In this document: positions 41,527-50,972 of the stretch, piece by piece
Position numbering within the stretch: the first letter of the stretch is position 1
How the letters are laid out: each line of letters begins with the position of its first letter
DNA from: Nitrospirota bacterium
GTDB lineage: Bacteria > Nitrospirota > Thermodesulfovibrionia > SZUA-242
NCBI GenBank assembly: GCA_027021335.1
Contig: JALUUO010000068.1
Location: 2,273 to 66,272 of the forward strand
Length of the DNA: 64,000 nt
Direction: 5' to 3'
Translations under genes and position numbers: made by a program
The notes under the pieces: generated by a model
What the model saw: only the letters and a program-made list of their open reading frames with translations
The model's database searches: none
What the model was told of the DNA's origin: nothing

Positions 41527-42840
41527 TTGAATACAGGTACGTTCGAAAGAGGTACGCATCCACCGGACAATAAAGAGTTCACATCTGGCAGGGCTATATG
41601 TGATGCAAAAATCCCCAAACGTGTAATTATCCCGCTCAGTCAACATATAGGCGCTCCATGTGAGGCTACCGTAAGTATCGGAGACAGCGTAAAGAAAGGT
41701 CAGGTTGTGGGCATGGCAAACGCATTTGTCTCTGCACCGGTTCATGCAACTGTTTCCGGCAAAGTTGTGGCCATAGCACCTTTTCCTCACACCATGGGCC
41801 GTGATGTCCTCTCGGTGGTTATAGAAAACAACGGCAAGGAAGAATGGGTTGACAACATTTCAGAACATCAAAACTACCTTTCACTCGACGCTGAAACCCT
41901 TAAAAAGCTTGTAAAAGACGCCGGTATTGTCGGTATGGGCGGAGCCACGTTTCCCACGCACGTAAAGCTTTCTCCGCCAAAAGAAAAAAATATAGACTGT
42001 GTAATCTTAAACGGCGCCGAGTGCGAACCATACCTGACAGCCGATCACCGGGTAATGCTGGAGCAGACAGAAGCCGTTGTTGAAGGCCTGAAAATCCTTA
42101 TGAAGATTGTGGGCGTAAACAAGGGATACATAGGCATTGAAGACAACAAGCCGGACGCAATATCCGCAATGAATGCCGCTGTTGGAAACGATGGCTCTAT
42201 TCAGGTCTATTCATTAAAGGTTAAATATCCTCAAGGGGCCGAAAAAATGTTGATCAAGGCTGTAGTCAACCGTGAGGTACCGGCCGGAGGACTACCTATG
42301 GATGTGGGTGTTGTTGTCCAGAATATCGGTACAGCTGTCGCTATTTACGATGCTGTGCGTTACGGACGGCCGCTGCTACAGAGAGTTGTCTCAGTAACAG
42401 GACGGGGCATTAACGAGCCTAAAAACCTGATGGTGAGAATCGGCACTCCTCTTTCTCAACTGGTGGAGGAATGCGGAGGTTTTAAGTACGATTCCGGCAA
42501 GGTAATTGCCGGCGGTCCGATGATGGGCATGGCCCAGTCAACCCTTGACGCACCGGTGATTAAAGGCACATCAGGTCTCTTGGTGCTTACTCCTGAGGAA
42601 TCCGAGGTGAGCACACACGGGCCTTGCATACGTTGCGGCAGATGCATTGACGCATGTCCTATGGGACTTCAACCCGCCATGTTAAGCCTGCTGGTGGAAC
42701 ACGGTTTTTATGAAGATACAAAAGAATATGATTTAATGAACTGCTTTGAATGCGGTACATGCGCATATATTTGTCCGTCAAAACGGCCGATCGTACAGTG
42801 GATCAAACTTGCAAAGATGAACTTAGCGCAGAAGAAGTGA
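41527..42840 (+). CDS. rnfC: Rnf complex subunit C
   Basis: PLSQHIGAP, GMGGATFPTHVK, NGAECEPYLTAD, YPQGAEK, two 4Fe-4S motifs. Confidence 0.96.
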   Translation: MNTGTFERGTHPPDNKEFTSGRAICDAKIPKRVIIPLSQHIGAPCEATVSIGDSVKKGQVVGMANAFVSAPVHATVSGKVVAIAPFPHTMGRDVLSVVIENNGKEEWVDNISEHQNYLSLDAETLKKLVKDAGIVGMGGATFPTHVKLSPPKEKNIDCVILNGAECEPYLTADHRVMLEQTEAVVEGLKILMKIVGVNKGYIGIEDNKPDAISAMNAAVGNDGSIQVYSLKVKYPQGAEKMLIKAVVNREVPAGGLPMDVGVVVQNIGTAVAIYDAVRYGRPLLQRVVSVTGRGINEPKNLMVRIGTPLSQLVEECGGFKYDSGKVIAGGPMMGMAQSTLDAPVIKGTSGLLVLTPEESEVSTHGPCIRCGRCIDACPMGLQPAMLSLLVEHGFYEDTKEYDLMNCFECGTCAYICPSKRPIVQWIKLAKMNLAQKK

Positions 42841-42876
42841 GATAGAACAAGCTTTCTTTCAGGTATAAAAACAGAA

Positions 42877-43887
42877 ATGGGTGAAGAACAACATAAGCTG
42901 GTAGTTTCGGTAAGTCCTCATATAAAATGCGAGGTAACAGTCGCGCGCATAATGTGGCTGGTAACCTTGGCTCTTGTTCCGGCTTTTGCCGCGTCAGTCT
43001 ATTTTTTTGGTATGCGTTCGCTGATAGTGCAGGCGGTAACAATAATATCCTGTCTCGGGTTTGAGGCTATGACCCTAAAGATGGTAAACAGACCGATTAA
43101 CCTGGCAGACGGCAGCGCCTTTCTTACCGGTCTTTTATTAGGATTCAATTTACCGTCAAATATTCCACTATATATACCTGTCATAGGTTCATTTGTCGCT
43201 ATCACCATAACAAAACATATCTTTGGCGGCCTTGGATACAATATTTTCAATCCCGCCCTGATCGGCAGAGCTTTTGTTTTAATCTCATGGCCCAAACAGA
43301 TGACAAGCTGGATGGCACCGGTTAAGTCGATTACAGACATGGATGTGGTTTCGGCAGCCACGCCTCTAAACGTGGTAAAACTTGGCGAAACAACATCTCA
43401 AGGCATGCAAACACTTCTTGAACAGTTTGGAGGAAGCGCTACCGCACTCTACAAAAGCCTTCTCTTTGGAGGTGTCTCAGGTTCACTAGGTGAAACATCC
43501 GCTTTACTGATACTTATAGGTGGAGTGTTCCTGTTGATAAGAGGATACATCACCTGGCACATACCTATTTCCTTTATCGCTACCGTGGCCATAGTTGCAC
43601 AAGTCACGGGCAACGATCCGGTATTTCACGTGCTGGCCGGCGGCTTGATGCTTGGAGCATTTTTTATGGCTACGGATTATGTGACATCTCCATCCGTAAG
43701 ATCCGCTCAAATTGTCTTTGGTATTTGCTGCGGGCTGCTTACAATGCTGATTCGCCTAAAGGGAGGTTACCCCGAAGGCGTCATGTTCGCAATTCTTATC
43801 ATGAACTGTTTTGCTCCGCTTCTCGATCGTGGAATGCGGACCAAGACATTCGGTGCAGCCGGTAAGAAGAAAGAGGTTGCGGCATGA
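42877..43887 (+). CDS. rnfD: Rnf complex subunit D
   Basis: SPHI, KHIFGGLGYNIFNPA, SAAT FMN site, FMATDYVTSP, GYPEG. Confidence 0.95.
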   Translation: MGEEQHKLVVSVSPHIKCEVTVARIMWLVTLALVPAFAASVYFFGMRSLIVQAVTIISCLGFEAMTLKMVNRPINLADGSAFLTGLLLGFNLPSNIPLYIPVIGSFVAITITKHIFGGLGYNIFNPALIGRAFVLISWPKQMTSWMAPVKSITDMDVVSAATPLNVVKLGETTSQGMQTLLEQFGGSATALYKSLLFGGVSGSLGETSALLILIGGVFLLIRGYITWHIPISFIATVAIVAQVTGNDPVFHVLAGGLMLGAFFMATDYVTSPSVRSAQIVFGICCGLLTMLIRLKGGYPEGVMFAILIMNCFAPLLDRGMRTKTFGAAGKKKEVAA

Positions 43888-44510
43888 GCCGGCAAAACAC
43901 AGATAGCATGACAGGTATGGACATGTTCAAAATAGTTGCCAACCTGATGCTCATCTATATTGCAGGCGGCTTGATACTTGCGAGTGTTTATGCAAAGACA
44001 TCACCTATCATCTTTAAGAAAGCCAAGCAGGAAAAGGAAAATGCATTAAAAGAGATGATCGAGGCTGACAGTATAAAAGAAATGGGGGAATGGTATCCAT
44101 ATCCGAGAAAACACGCCGAATACTATAAGGCTACAACAGACGGCAAAACAGTTGGTTATATAATCGAAACATTCGGCAAGGGATATTCAAGTTATATAAA
44201 TATACTGGTTTCCGTAAATACCGATCTTGTAGTACAGAAGATTAATGTGCTGCATCATGCAGAAACTCCGGGTTTGGGTGACGAGATTGAGAAAGATTAC
44301 TTTAAAGACCAGTTTAAGGGCAAAACTATTGAAACGCTCAAAGTGGTAAAGGACGGCGACCTTACATACGTGCAGGCAATTTCAGGCGCAACCATCTCCA
44401 GCCGGGCTGTTACTGAAGCCGGAGTAAGGCCGGCGGTACAGATGCTTTCCGACATACTATCCGGAAAGATCAAAGCCGAAACCGGAAAACATGGAGAGGA
44501 AGGGCACTAG
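43884..44510 (+). CDS. rnfG: Rnf complex subunit G
   Basis: N-terminal TM, GY, HAETPGLG, ISGATISS FMN site. Confidence 0.93.
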   Translation: MSRQNTDSMTGMDMFKIVANLMLIYIAGGLILASVYAKTSPIIFKKAKQEKENALKEMIEADSIKEMGEWYPYPRKHAEYYKATTDGKTVGYIIETFGKGYSSYINILVSVNTDLVVQKINVLHHAETPGLGDEIEKDYFKDQFKGKTIETLKVVKDGDLTYVQAISGATISSRAVTEAGVRPAVQMLSDILSGKIKAETGKHGEEGH

Positions 44511-44511
44511 T

Positions 44512-45135
44512 ATGACCAATTGGGAGTTAATAAAAAACGGAATATTCACTGAAAATACTATCTTTAGGCTTGCTATCAGTCTTTGTCCATCTATTGCCGT
44601 TACAAACAGTGTAAAAAACGGTTTTCTAATGGGAGTGGCTGTTATGTTTGTGCAGGTTATGGTAAATGTAACCGTTTCTATGATGAGAAACGTTATACAT
44701 CCCAAAATCAGGATTCCGGTTTTCATGCTGATTATCTCCGGATGGGTCTCAGTTGTTGACATGACAATGGCTGCCTTTGCGCGTGAGGCATATGCCCAGA
44801 TGGGGCTTTACATTCAACTTATAGTTGCATTTGCCTCGATCCTGGCCAGAGCCGAGCTTTTTGCAAGCAAGAATACGTTTGTCCCATCTATGTTCGATGG
44901 TATCGGAATGGGAATCGGCTTTCTCGTGGCCTTGGTAATTCTGAGCTTTTTCCGCGAACTGCTTGGCAGAGGAAGTGTCTGGGGCTATGCACTGCTGGAT
45001 TTCAAGCCTCTTCTTATTATGATTATGCCAACAGGAGGTTTTTTTGCTGTTGGAATTCTGATGGCGTTTTTTAACTGGATGGAACAACGCAGTAAAATAG
45101 CCAGCGATAAGGCGGCGGCGCACCAGCATCACTGA
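44512..45135 (+). CDS. rnfE: Rnf complex subunit E (divergent, second Cys absent)
   Basis: LCP, IRIPVF, RAELFASKN, RELLG; start placed at MTNW just after the rnfG stop. Confidence 0.88.
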   Translation: MTNWELIKNGIFTENTIFRLAISLCPSIAVTNSVKNGFLMGVAVMFVQVMVNVTVSMMRNVIHPKIRIPVFMLIISGWVSVVDMTMAAFAREAYAQMGLYIQLIVAFASILARAELFASKNTFVPSMFDGIGMGIGFLVALVILSFFRELLGRGSVWGYALLDFKPLLIMIMPTGGFFAVGILMAFFNWMEQRSKIASDKAAAHQHH

Positions 45136-45233
45136 TCTTAAAACTACAAATTGAGTGGTAATTGGGCGATAAAATTGCTCAACTTGAATAAAACTCTTCT
45201 ACTCATCCTATTTTTGAATCTGAATAGTTATTA

Positions 45234-45521
45234 TTGCCTATGCTTATAGGAGTTCTTTCTATGGATATTCACATTCCGGAGTCAGGATCTCTTAAGTCAA
45301 AGCGTTTTGTTCTGAAAAGCCTTAAAGACAGGGTACATAACAAGTTTAATGTTTCGATAGCCGAGGTGGACTCTAATGATCTATGGCAGCGAAGCAGTCT
45401 GGGTGTGGCTATTGTGGCAAATGATTCGAGCCACGCGCATAAGGTGCTGGAAAAAGTGGTCTCTTTTACTGAAAATACACCTGAAATAGAATTGCTTGAT
45501 TATGAAATAGAGGTATTGTGA
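45234..45521 (+). CDS. DUF503 (YlxP-like) protein
   Basis: SLKSKR, KFNVSIAEV, DLWQRS. Confidence 0.85.
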   Translation: MPMLIGVLSMDIHIPESGSLKSKRFVLKSLKDRVHNKFNVSIAEVDSNDLWQRSSLGVAIVANDSSHAHKVLEKVVSFTENTPEIELLDYEIEVL

Positions 45522-46429
45522 TGGAATTACTTGTTGTTGGCTCCGTAGCATTTGATTCTGTAAAAACCCCATTTGGGGAGGTGAAAGAAGTTCTGGGAGG
45601 CTCTGCCACATATTTTTCCACAGCAGCCAGTTTTTTTACGAATGTTTCCCTTGTGGCTGTGGTGGGTGAAGATTTTCCGAAAGAGCATGTTGACTTTTTA
45701 AAAAGCAGAAACATAGATACCACCGGTCTGGTCCGGAGTGCGGGTAAAACCTTCAGATGGAAAGGCGAATACACATATGAGTTAAATGAAGCGCACACGC
45801 TGGATACACAACTTAACGTGTTCGAAAAGTTCAGACCCAGTCTTCCCCAAAGTTACAAGGATCATAAAGTAGTATTTCTCGCAAATATTGATCCTGACCT
45901 CCAAAGAGATGTCCTTAGACAGATAAACGCTCCAAAACTTGTCGCCTGTGACACAATGAACTTTTGGATAGAAGGCAAGAGAGAATCGCTCATCAAAACC
46001 CTTAAGCTTGTTGATATTTTAATTATCAACGATGGTGAAGCCCGTGAACTATCAAGAGAGCCCAACCTTGTTAAGGCTGCTTCTAAAATACGAGAACTGG
46101 GGCCAAAAACTTTGATCATTAAACAGGGTGAATATGGTGCTCTGCTCTTTACAAACAACAACGTGTTTTCCGCTCCTGGCTACCCCCTGGAATCCGTATT
46201 TGACCCTACTGGTGCGGGCGACTCTTTTGCAGGTGGTTTCATGGGTTACCTGGCCAACAGCATGAATCTAGACGACGACAACATCCGGAGGGCGGTTATT
46301 TTCGGAAGTGTCATGGCATCTTTCAACGTAGAAGACTTTTCACTAAACCGCCTTAAGAGCCTTGATTATCAGGAGATAGAAAACCGTTTCAGAGATTTTC
46401 GGCGTTTGACACATTTCGACGATATATAA
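45518..46429 (+). CDS. PfkB-family carbohydrate/nucleoside kinase
   Basis: GGSATY, INDGEA, DPTGAGDSFAGG. Confidence 0.92.
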   Translation: MMELLVVGSVAFDSVKTPFGEVKEVLGGSATYFSTAASFFTNVSLVAVVGEDFPKEHVDFLKSRNIDTTGLVRSAGKTFRWKGEYTYELNEAHTLDTQLNVFEKFRPSLPQSYKDHKVVFLANIDPDLQRDVLRQINAPKLVACDTMNFWIEGKRESLIKTLKLVDILIINDGEARELSREPNLVKAASKIRELGPKTLIIKQGEYGALLFTNNNVFSAPGYPLESVFDPTGAGDSFAGGFMGYLANSMNLDDDNIRRAVIFGSVMASFNVEDFSLNRLKSLDYQEIENRFRDFRRLTHFDDI

Positions 46430-46442
46430 GGTTAATTCTTCC

Positions 46443-47510
46443 ATGAAGATTGTCGTTGGTATGAGTGGCGGAGTGGATTCGTCTGTTACCGCCTTGTTGC
46501 TTTCAGAGGCAGGTCATGAAGTCCTCGGACTTTCTCTTCAGATATGGGATCAGCGTTACAGAACAGATCCTAAAACATGCTGCTCCAGGGAAGCTGTTTT
46601 ATCTGCCGAAACAGCCTGTAAGCGTCTGGGTATCGAACATATATCTATGGATACGCGCCAGGTATTTCTGGAGCAGGTAATAGAACCATTTTGTAAATCA
46701 TACATTGCCGGTGAAACACCCAATCCCTGTGTTTTATGTAACCGCTTTATTAAATTCAGTTTTCTTCTAAGTAAGGCGGCCGATCTTGGGGCTGACGCCG
46801 TGGCCACGGGGCACTATGCCCAGATAGAAAGAGTTAAAACAGGCACCAGGTTCGCTTTGTTAAAGGGAATCGATCCACAGAAAGATCAGTCTTATTTTCT
46901 CTACGTGATGAAGCAAAACGAACTTTCCCGCACTATCTTGCCACTTGGAATTCTTCATAAAAAAGAAGTCAGGGAGATAGCAAAACGCGCGGGTCTTCCT
47001 GCAGCCGACAGACCCGAAAGCCAGGAGATATGTTTTGTAGGAACCGGCGGTTACACCGATTTTATAAGCGGAGTCTCTCCGGAAGCTGTTAAGCCCGGCC
47101 CGATAGTTGATTCATCGGGACGTATCCTTGGAGAACACCGCGGAATCGCTTTTTACACTGTAGGGCAGAGGCGGGGCCTTGGAGTGGCAGCCGGTGCACG
47201 GCTTTACGTTATAAGAATAGACCGTGATTCCAACACGGTGGTCCTCGGCCCCCGCCAAGAGGGTATGAGGAGCAAATACCTGGTTTGCGATATAAATTGG
47301 ATAGCTTCTATACCCGAAAACGGAAATTTCGAGGCTGCCGTAAAAATACGATCAACAATGAAAGAGGCACCGGCCGGAATCAAGATACTGGGAAGAAACA
47401 GAGCCGAGATCAATTTCAAACAACCCCAGTGGGCACCTGCTCCTGGCCAGGCGGCTGTGTTTTACAGAGGGAACGAAGTGCTTGGAGGCGGAATAATTTC
47501 AACCGCCTGA
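46443..47510 (+). CDS. mnmA: tRNA 2-thiouridine(34) synthase
   Basis: MSGGVDS, TPNPCVLCN, ATGHYA, KDQSYFL, ESQEICF, PGQ. Confidence 0.96.
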   Translation: MKIVVGMSGGVDSSVTALLLSEAGHEVLGLSLQIWDQRYRTDPKTCCSREAVLSAETACKRLGIEHISMDTRQVFLEQVIEPFCKSYIAGETPNPCVLCNRFIKFSFLLSKAADLGADAVATGHYAQIERVKTGTRFALLKGIDPQKDQSYFLYVMKQNELSRTILPLGILHKKEVREIAKRAGLPAADRPESQEICFVGTGGYTDFISGVSPEAVKPGPIVDSSGRILGEHRGIAFYTVGQRRGLGVAAGARLYVIRIDRDSNTVVLGPRQEGMRSKYLVCDINWIASIPENGNFEAAVKIRSTMKEAPAGIKILGRNRAEINFKQPQWAPAPGQAAVFYRGNEVLGGGIISTA

Positions 47511-47524
47511 TCCTGTTCAACTAT

Positions 47525-47908
47525 ATGCATAAGATTGTCATAGCCATAGGATTTATTAATCTTATGTTCTCAGTGGTAGAATTTTTCAGGCCGGATCTAT
47601 GGGAGAGTTTCTGGAGGGCATGGTCTTGCCACAGGCTGTTTCGTTTTCACGGGGCTTTACTTATTATAATCGCAGCCGTTCTTGTTGCCGCAATGCCAGT
47701 GCCAAGAATGCAGTGGTTTATCTGGATTGCTATTTTCTTCCTGTCACTGGTTGGAGTTGCTATCCTGACAAATCCGGAGCGAACTGCAAAATCTATTATA
47801 GAGTTTTACCTTAGCCGCTCTGAGAATGAAATTCACCAGTTCACGTACATGGATGCAGGACTGCGTGTAACCATCTCGCTCTGCCTGATTTTCTCGGTTA
47901 TAGAGTGA
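47525..47908 (+). CDS. Hypothetical membrane protein
   Basis: About 4 hydrophobic segments; start placed at MHKIV, 15 bp after the mnmA stop. Confidence 0.6.
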   Translation: MHKIVIAIGFINLMFSVVEFFRPDLWESFWRAWSCHRLFRFHGALLIIIAAVLVAAMPVPRMQWFIWIAIFFLSLVGVAILTNPERTAKSIIEFYLSRSENEIHQFTYMDAGLRVTISLCLIFSVIE

Positions 47909-47942
47909 TGTTTTCCATTATTTCAGAAACCCCCTACTCTTC

Positions 47943-49436
47943 TTACTTGTCAATCCTGACATTTTTGCTTCTTTCCTCCGTCACAAGGTCCATTTTTATG
48001 TTATGCAGCCGGCTCTCGAGTCCGACAGGATAAACATGTGGATTAACAAACCTCTTTATTGCCGGATGGAAAAGCTCGAGCTGCTGCTTAGTGCGGATTT
48101 GAATCAGCGTGATTTCCGGAAGATCATAAACAGGCTTTCCCTGCCTTAAAACCGGAACAAGAAGATCTTCATATTCAAGTGCGGAAGCAACATCTTTTTT
48201 ATGCATAGGGGTTACGGGATCCACGATTATCCATGACTGACTTTCGTGCTCCTCAATATCGTATATAGCATCGGCCACTGCAAGTCCGTTCTTGTCAAAA
48301 AAGCGGCGTACATTAAGAATCCCCGGGTTATTCACCTTTATCACCTGCTCTGAAAGCTTAAGCTTGCGCTGCCAAACCTCGTTTTTTTTGATAGCGGCAA
48401 GTTTATAAACCCCTCCAAGTGCAGGCTGGCCATGCCCTGTTACCAGTTTGGTTCCAACCCCCCAGACTGTAATGGCCGCGCCTTGAAGATTTAAGCTTTC
48501 GATTATGGTTTCGTCGAGTTCGTTACTGGCCACAATCATAGTATTTCGAAATCCGGCTTCATCAAGCATACGCCGGGCCTCAATACTAAGGTAGGCAAGA
48601 TCACCGGAGTCCAGGCGGATACCGATCATTTCGTGTCCTTCCTGACGCAGCTTGATTCCGATCTTTATGGCATTTTTTACGCCGTTTAGGCTGTTATAGG
48701 TGTCAACGAGAAATATACAGTTATTCGGCATAGCTGCGGCATAGGCTGCAAATGACTCAAGCTCCGAGTCAAAAAACATAACCCAGCTATGGGCATGCGT
48801 TCCTTTTACCGGAATGCCGAAAAGCTTGCCGGCAAGAGTGTTGGATGTTCCGACACAGCCCCCGATAAATGCAGCCCGTGAGGCTGCAAGTCCCCCGTCT
48901 ATGCCCTGAGCGCGCCGCAACCCGAACTCTATTACCGGTGTGGAACCTGCTGCCATGCAGACCCTGGCGGCTTTGGTTGCAATCAGTGACTGGAAATTGA
49001 TTATATTTAGCAATAGGCTTTCAACAAGTTGTGCCTGTATAATAGGCCCTGTCACACGAACAAGCGGCTCATGGGGAAAAACCACTGTTCCCTCTGGTAC
49101 AGCATCTATATCACAGCAGAACTCCATACGGCCCAGGTAGTCCAGAAACTCTTTTTCAAACAAAGGCTTTCCATCGCTGCCTGTGAGAGACTCCAGGTAC
49201 TCCAGGTCTGAGCTATCAAAGCGGAAGTTTTTGAGCAGATCTATAGCGTATTCAAGCCCTGCGGCCACTGTGTAACCGCCCTTGAACGGATTTCGTCTGA
49301 AAAAGTGATGAAAAACGACAAGGTCTTCCCCGGTTCCGGTCTTCCAGTAACCATAGGCCATGGTAAGCTCGTAGAGATCGGTAAGAAGGGTAAGCGAGGT
49401 GCCGTACGGCAGGGTTGAATAAGAATAAGAGCTCAC
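47943..49436 (-). CDS. pncB: Nicotinate phosphoribosyltransferase
   Basis: LLTDLYELTM, EFGLRRAQG, GTHAHSW, LVDTY, RLDSGDL, GVYKL. Confidence 0.95.
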   Translation of the reverse strand: MSSYSYSTLPYGTSLTLLTDLYELTMAYGYWKTGTGEDLVVFHHFFRRNPFKGGYTVAAGLEYAIDLLKNFRFDSSDLEYLESLTGSDGKPLFEKEFLDYLGRMEFCCDIDAVPEGTVVFPHEPLVRVTGPIIQAQLVESLLLNIINFQSLIATKAARVCMAAGSTPVIEFGLRRAQGIDGGLAASRAAFIGGCVGTSNTLAGKLFGIPVKGTHAHSWVMFFDSELESFAAYAAAMPNNCIFLVDTYNSLNGVKNAIKIGIKLRQEGHEMIGIRLDSGDLAYLSIEARRMLDEAGFRNTMIVASNELDETIIESLNLQGAAITVWGVGTKLVTGHGQPALGGVYKLAAIKKNEVWQRKLKLSEQVIKVNNPGILNVRRFFDKNGLAVADAIYDIEEHESQSWIIVDPVTPMHKKDVASALEYEDLLVPVLRQGKPVYDLPEITLIQIRTKQQLELFHPAIKRFVNPHVYPVGLESRLHNIKMDLVTEERSKNVRIDK

Positions 49437-49471
49437 AGAAACCAGCGATCAGACTGTTAGATTCAAAAGTT

Positions 49472-50752
49472 CTAAAAGTTCCGGGGGTCGGCGATTTTAC
49501 CCTCGACAGCTGTGGCTGCGGCTGTAGCCGGGCTCATAAGGTGCACCATGCCGCCCGAACCCATGCGGCCGTTGAAATTCCGGTTGGTTGTCGATGCGCA
49601 TACCTCACCCGGGGCCAAAACACCATTGCTCATACCTAAGCATGCTCCACAAGTAGGGTTTGTTACACAAAAACCGGCATCCATGAATACTTTGATTATG
49701 CCCTCGTCATCAGCGTCACGAAAGACCTTGGGTGTGGCAGGAGATACGATACCACGCACTGTGGAAGCGATTTTTCTGCCTTTAAGTATACCGGCAGCAG
49801 CTCTTAAGTCTTCCAGGCGGCCGTTGGTGCAGGAGCCTATGTAAACCTGGTCAACAGGTGTTCCCGCCATCTCCGAGACCCCTTTAACCTGGTCCGGCTT
49901 GTACCCAAAGGTCACAAGAGGCTCTAACTGCGAAACATCAATCTCGATCACCTGATCGTAGCTGCACCCATCATCCGAACACCAGCGTCTGAAGTCTTCA
50001 AGTGCAGCCTTCTTATCTGCGTAGTCGCTTGAGATAAAAGGCCACAGGTAGTCCACGGTAGTAGCGTCGGGCATGCACATGCCGGAAGTGCCTCCTGCCT
50101 CGATAGCCATATTGCAGAGCGTCATGCGGCTCTCCATGGTCATCGAGTCGACCACCGGCCCGCCGAACTCTATCACCTTGTCAGTGGCGCCGTTAACCGT
50201 CAGAGTCTGCACAATCTTTAATATCACATCTTTTGCATAAATCCGGCGCGGCACAGTGCCGGTAATGTTTAGACGAATTGTTTTTGGCTCTTTGAAAGCG
50301 CAGACACCTTTTAATATGCCTACCTCAAGGTCTGTTGTGCCCACACCAGCGGCAAATGCGCCAAACGCCCCGTGTGTACATGTGTGAGAGTCGCCCATAA
50401 TTACCGTGTAGCCGGGCCGGATAAAGCCTTTTTCCGGAAACAGCGCGTGGCATACCCCGTTTCTGCCCACGTCAAAAAAATCCTGAATTTTATGTCTGCG
50501 CGCCCAGTCGCGAAGTATCTTTGCCTGTTCTGCTGTTTTTGTATCCTTAGCAGGGGTTACATGGTCGATTACCACCTTTATCTTGCCGGGATCGAATATA
50601 CTGTCCATACCCCGCCCGATCAGATCGTTAATAGCGACAGGCGTGGTGATCTCATGACACATAACCACATCTATATCCAGAACCTTTGTTCCGGCAAAAG
50701 GCTCTTCTCTTAGGTGGGTCCGGAATATTTTTTCAGCAAGTGTCTCTGGCAT
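49472..50752 (-). CDS. leuC: 3-isopropylmalate dehydratase large subunit (LeuC/HacA family)
   Basis: DSHTCTHGA, IGSCTNGR, CGACLG, STTNRNFNGRMG. Confidence 0.88.
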   Translation of the reverse strand: MPETLAEKIFRTHLREEPFAGTKVLDIDVVMCHEITTPVAINDLIGRGMDSIFDPGKIKVVIDHVTPAKDTKTAEQAKILRDWARRHKIQDFFDVGRNGVCHALFPEKGFIRPGYTVIMGDSHTCTHGAFGAFAAGVGTTDLEVGILKGVCAFKEPKTIRLNITGTVPRRIYAKDVILKIVQTLTVNGATDKVIEFGGPVVDSMTMESRMTLCNMAIEAGGTSGMCMPDATTVDYLWPFISSDYADKKAALEDFRRWCSDDGCSYDQVIEIDVSQLEPLVTFGYKPDQVKGVSEMAGTPVDQVYIGSCTNGRLEDLRAAAGILKGRKIASTVRGIVSPATPKVFRDADDEGIIKVFMDAGFCVTNPTCGACLGMSNGVLAPGEVCASTTNRNFNGRMGSGGMVHLMSPATAAATAVEGKIADPRNF

Positions 50753-50797
50753 AAAATTATGAAAACAGCTTTAGAATTTTTATTAAAGTAAAATTAA

Positions 50798-50826
50798 AGT
50801 ATAGTCAGAGCAATTATGATTGTCAA
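50798..50826 (-). promoter_or_regulatory. Candidate sigma70 promoter of leuC
   Basis: Minus strand TTGACA-17 bp-TATACT, about 45 bp upstream of the start. Confidence 0.6.
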
Positions 50827-50972
50827 TAATATCATAAAGATAACAGCAAAGTTAAGACACTCCAACGGTTATGTGATAGAATTTTGTTAGAAACATGGTT
50901 CAGGTGTTCTGATCAAACAAGAAAACAGCTTTATTTAATAAGGTTCAAGATACACCAGGAGAACTGACAATT

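Noticed and set aside
49472-50752. leuC without an adjacent leuD
   Set aside because: Split leuC/leuD loci are common; the gene is intact with its own promoter-like site
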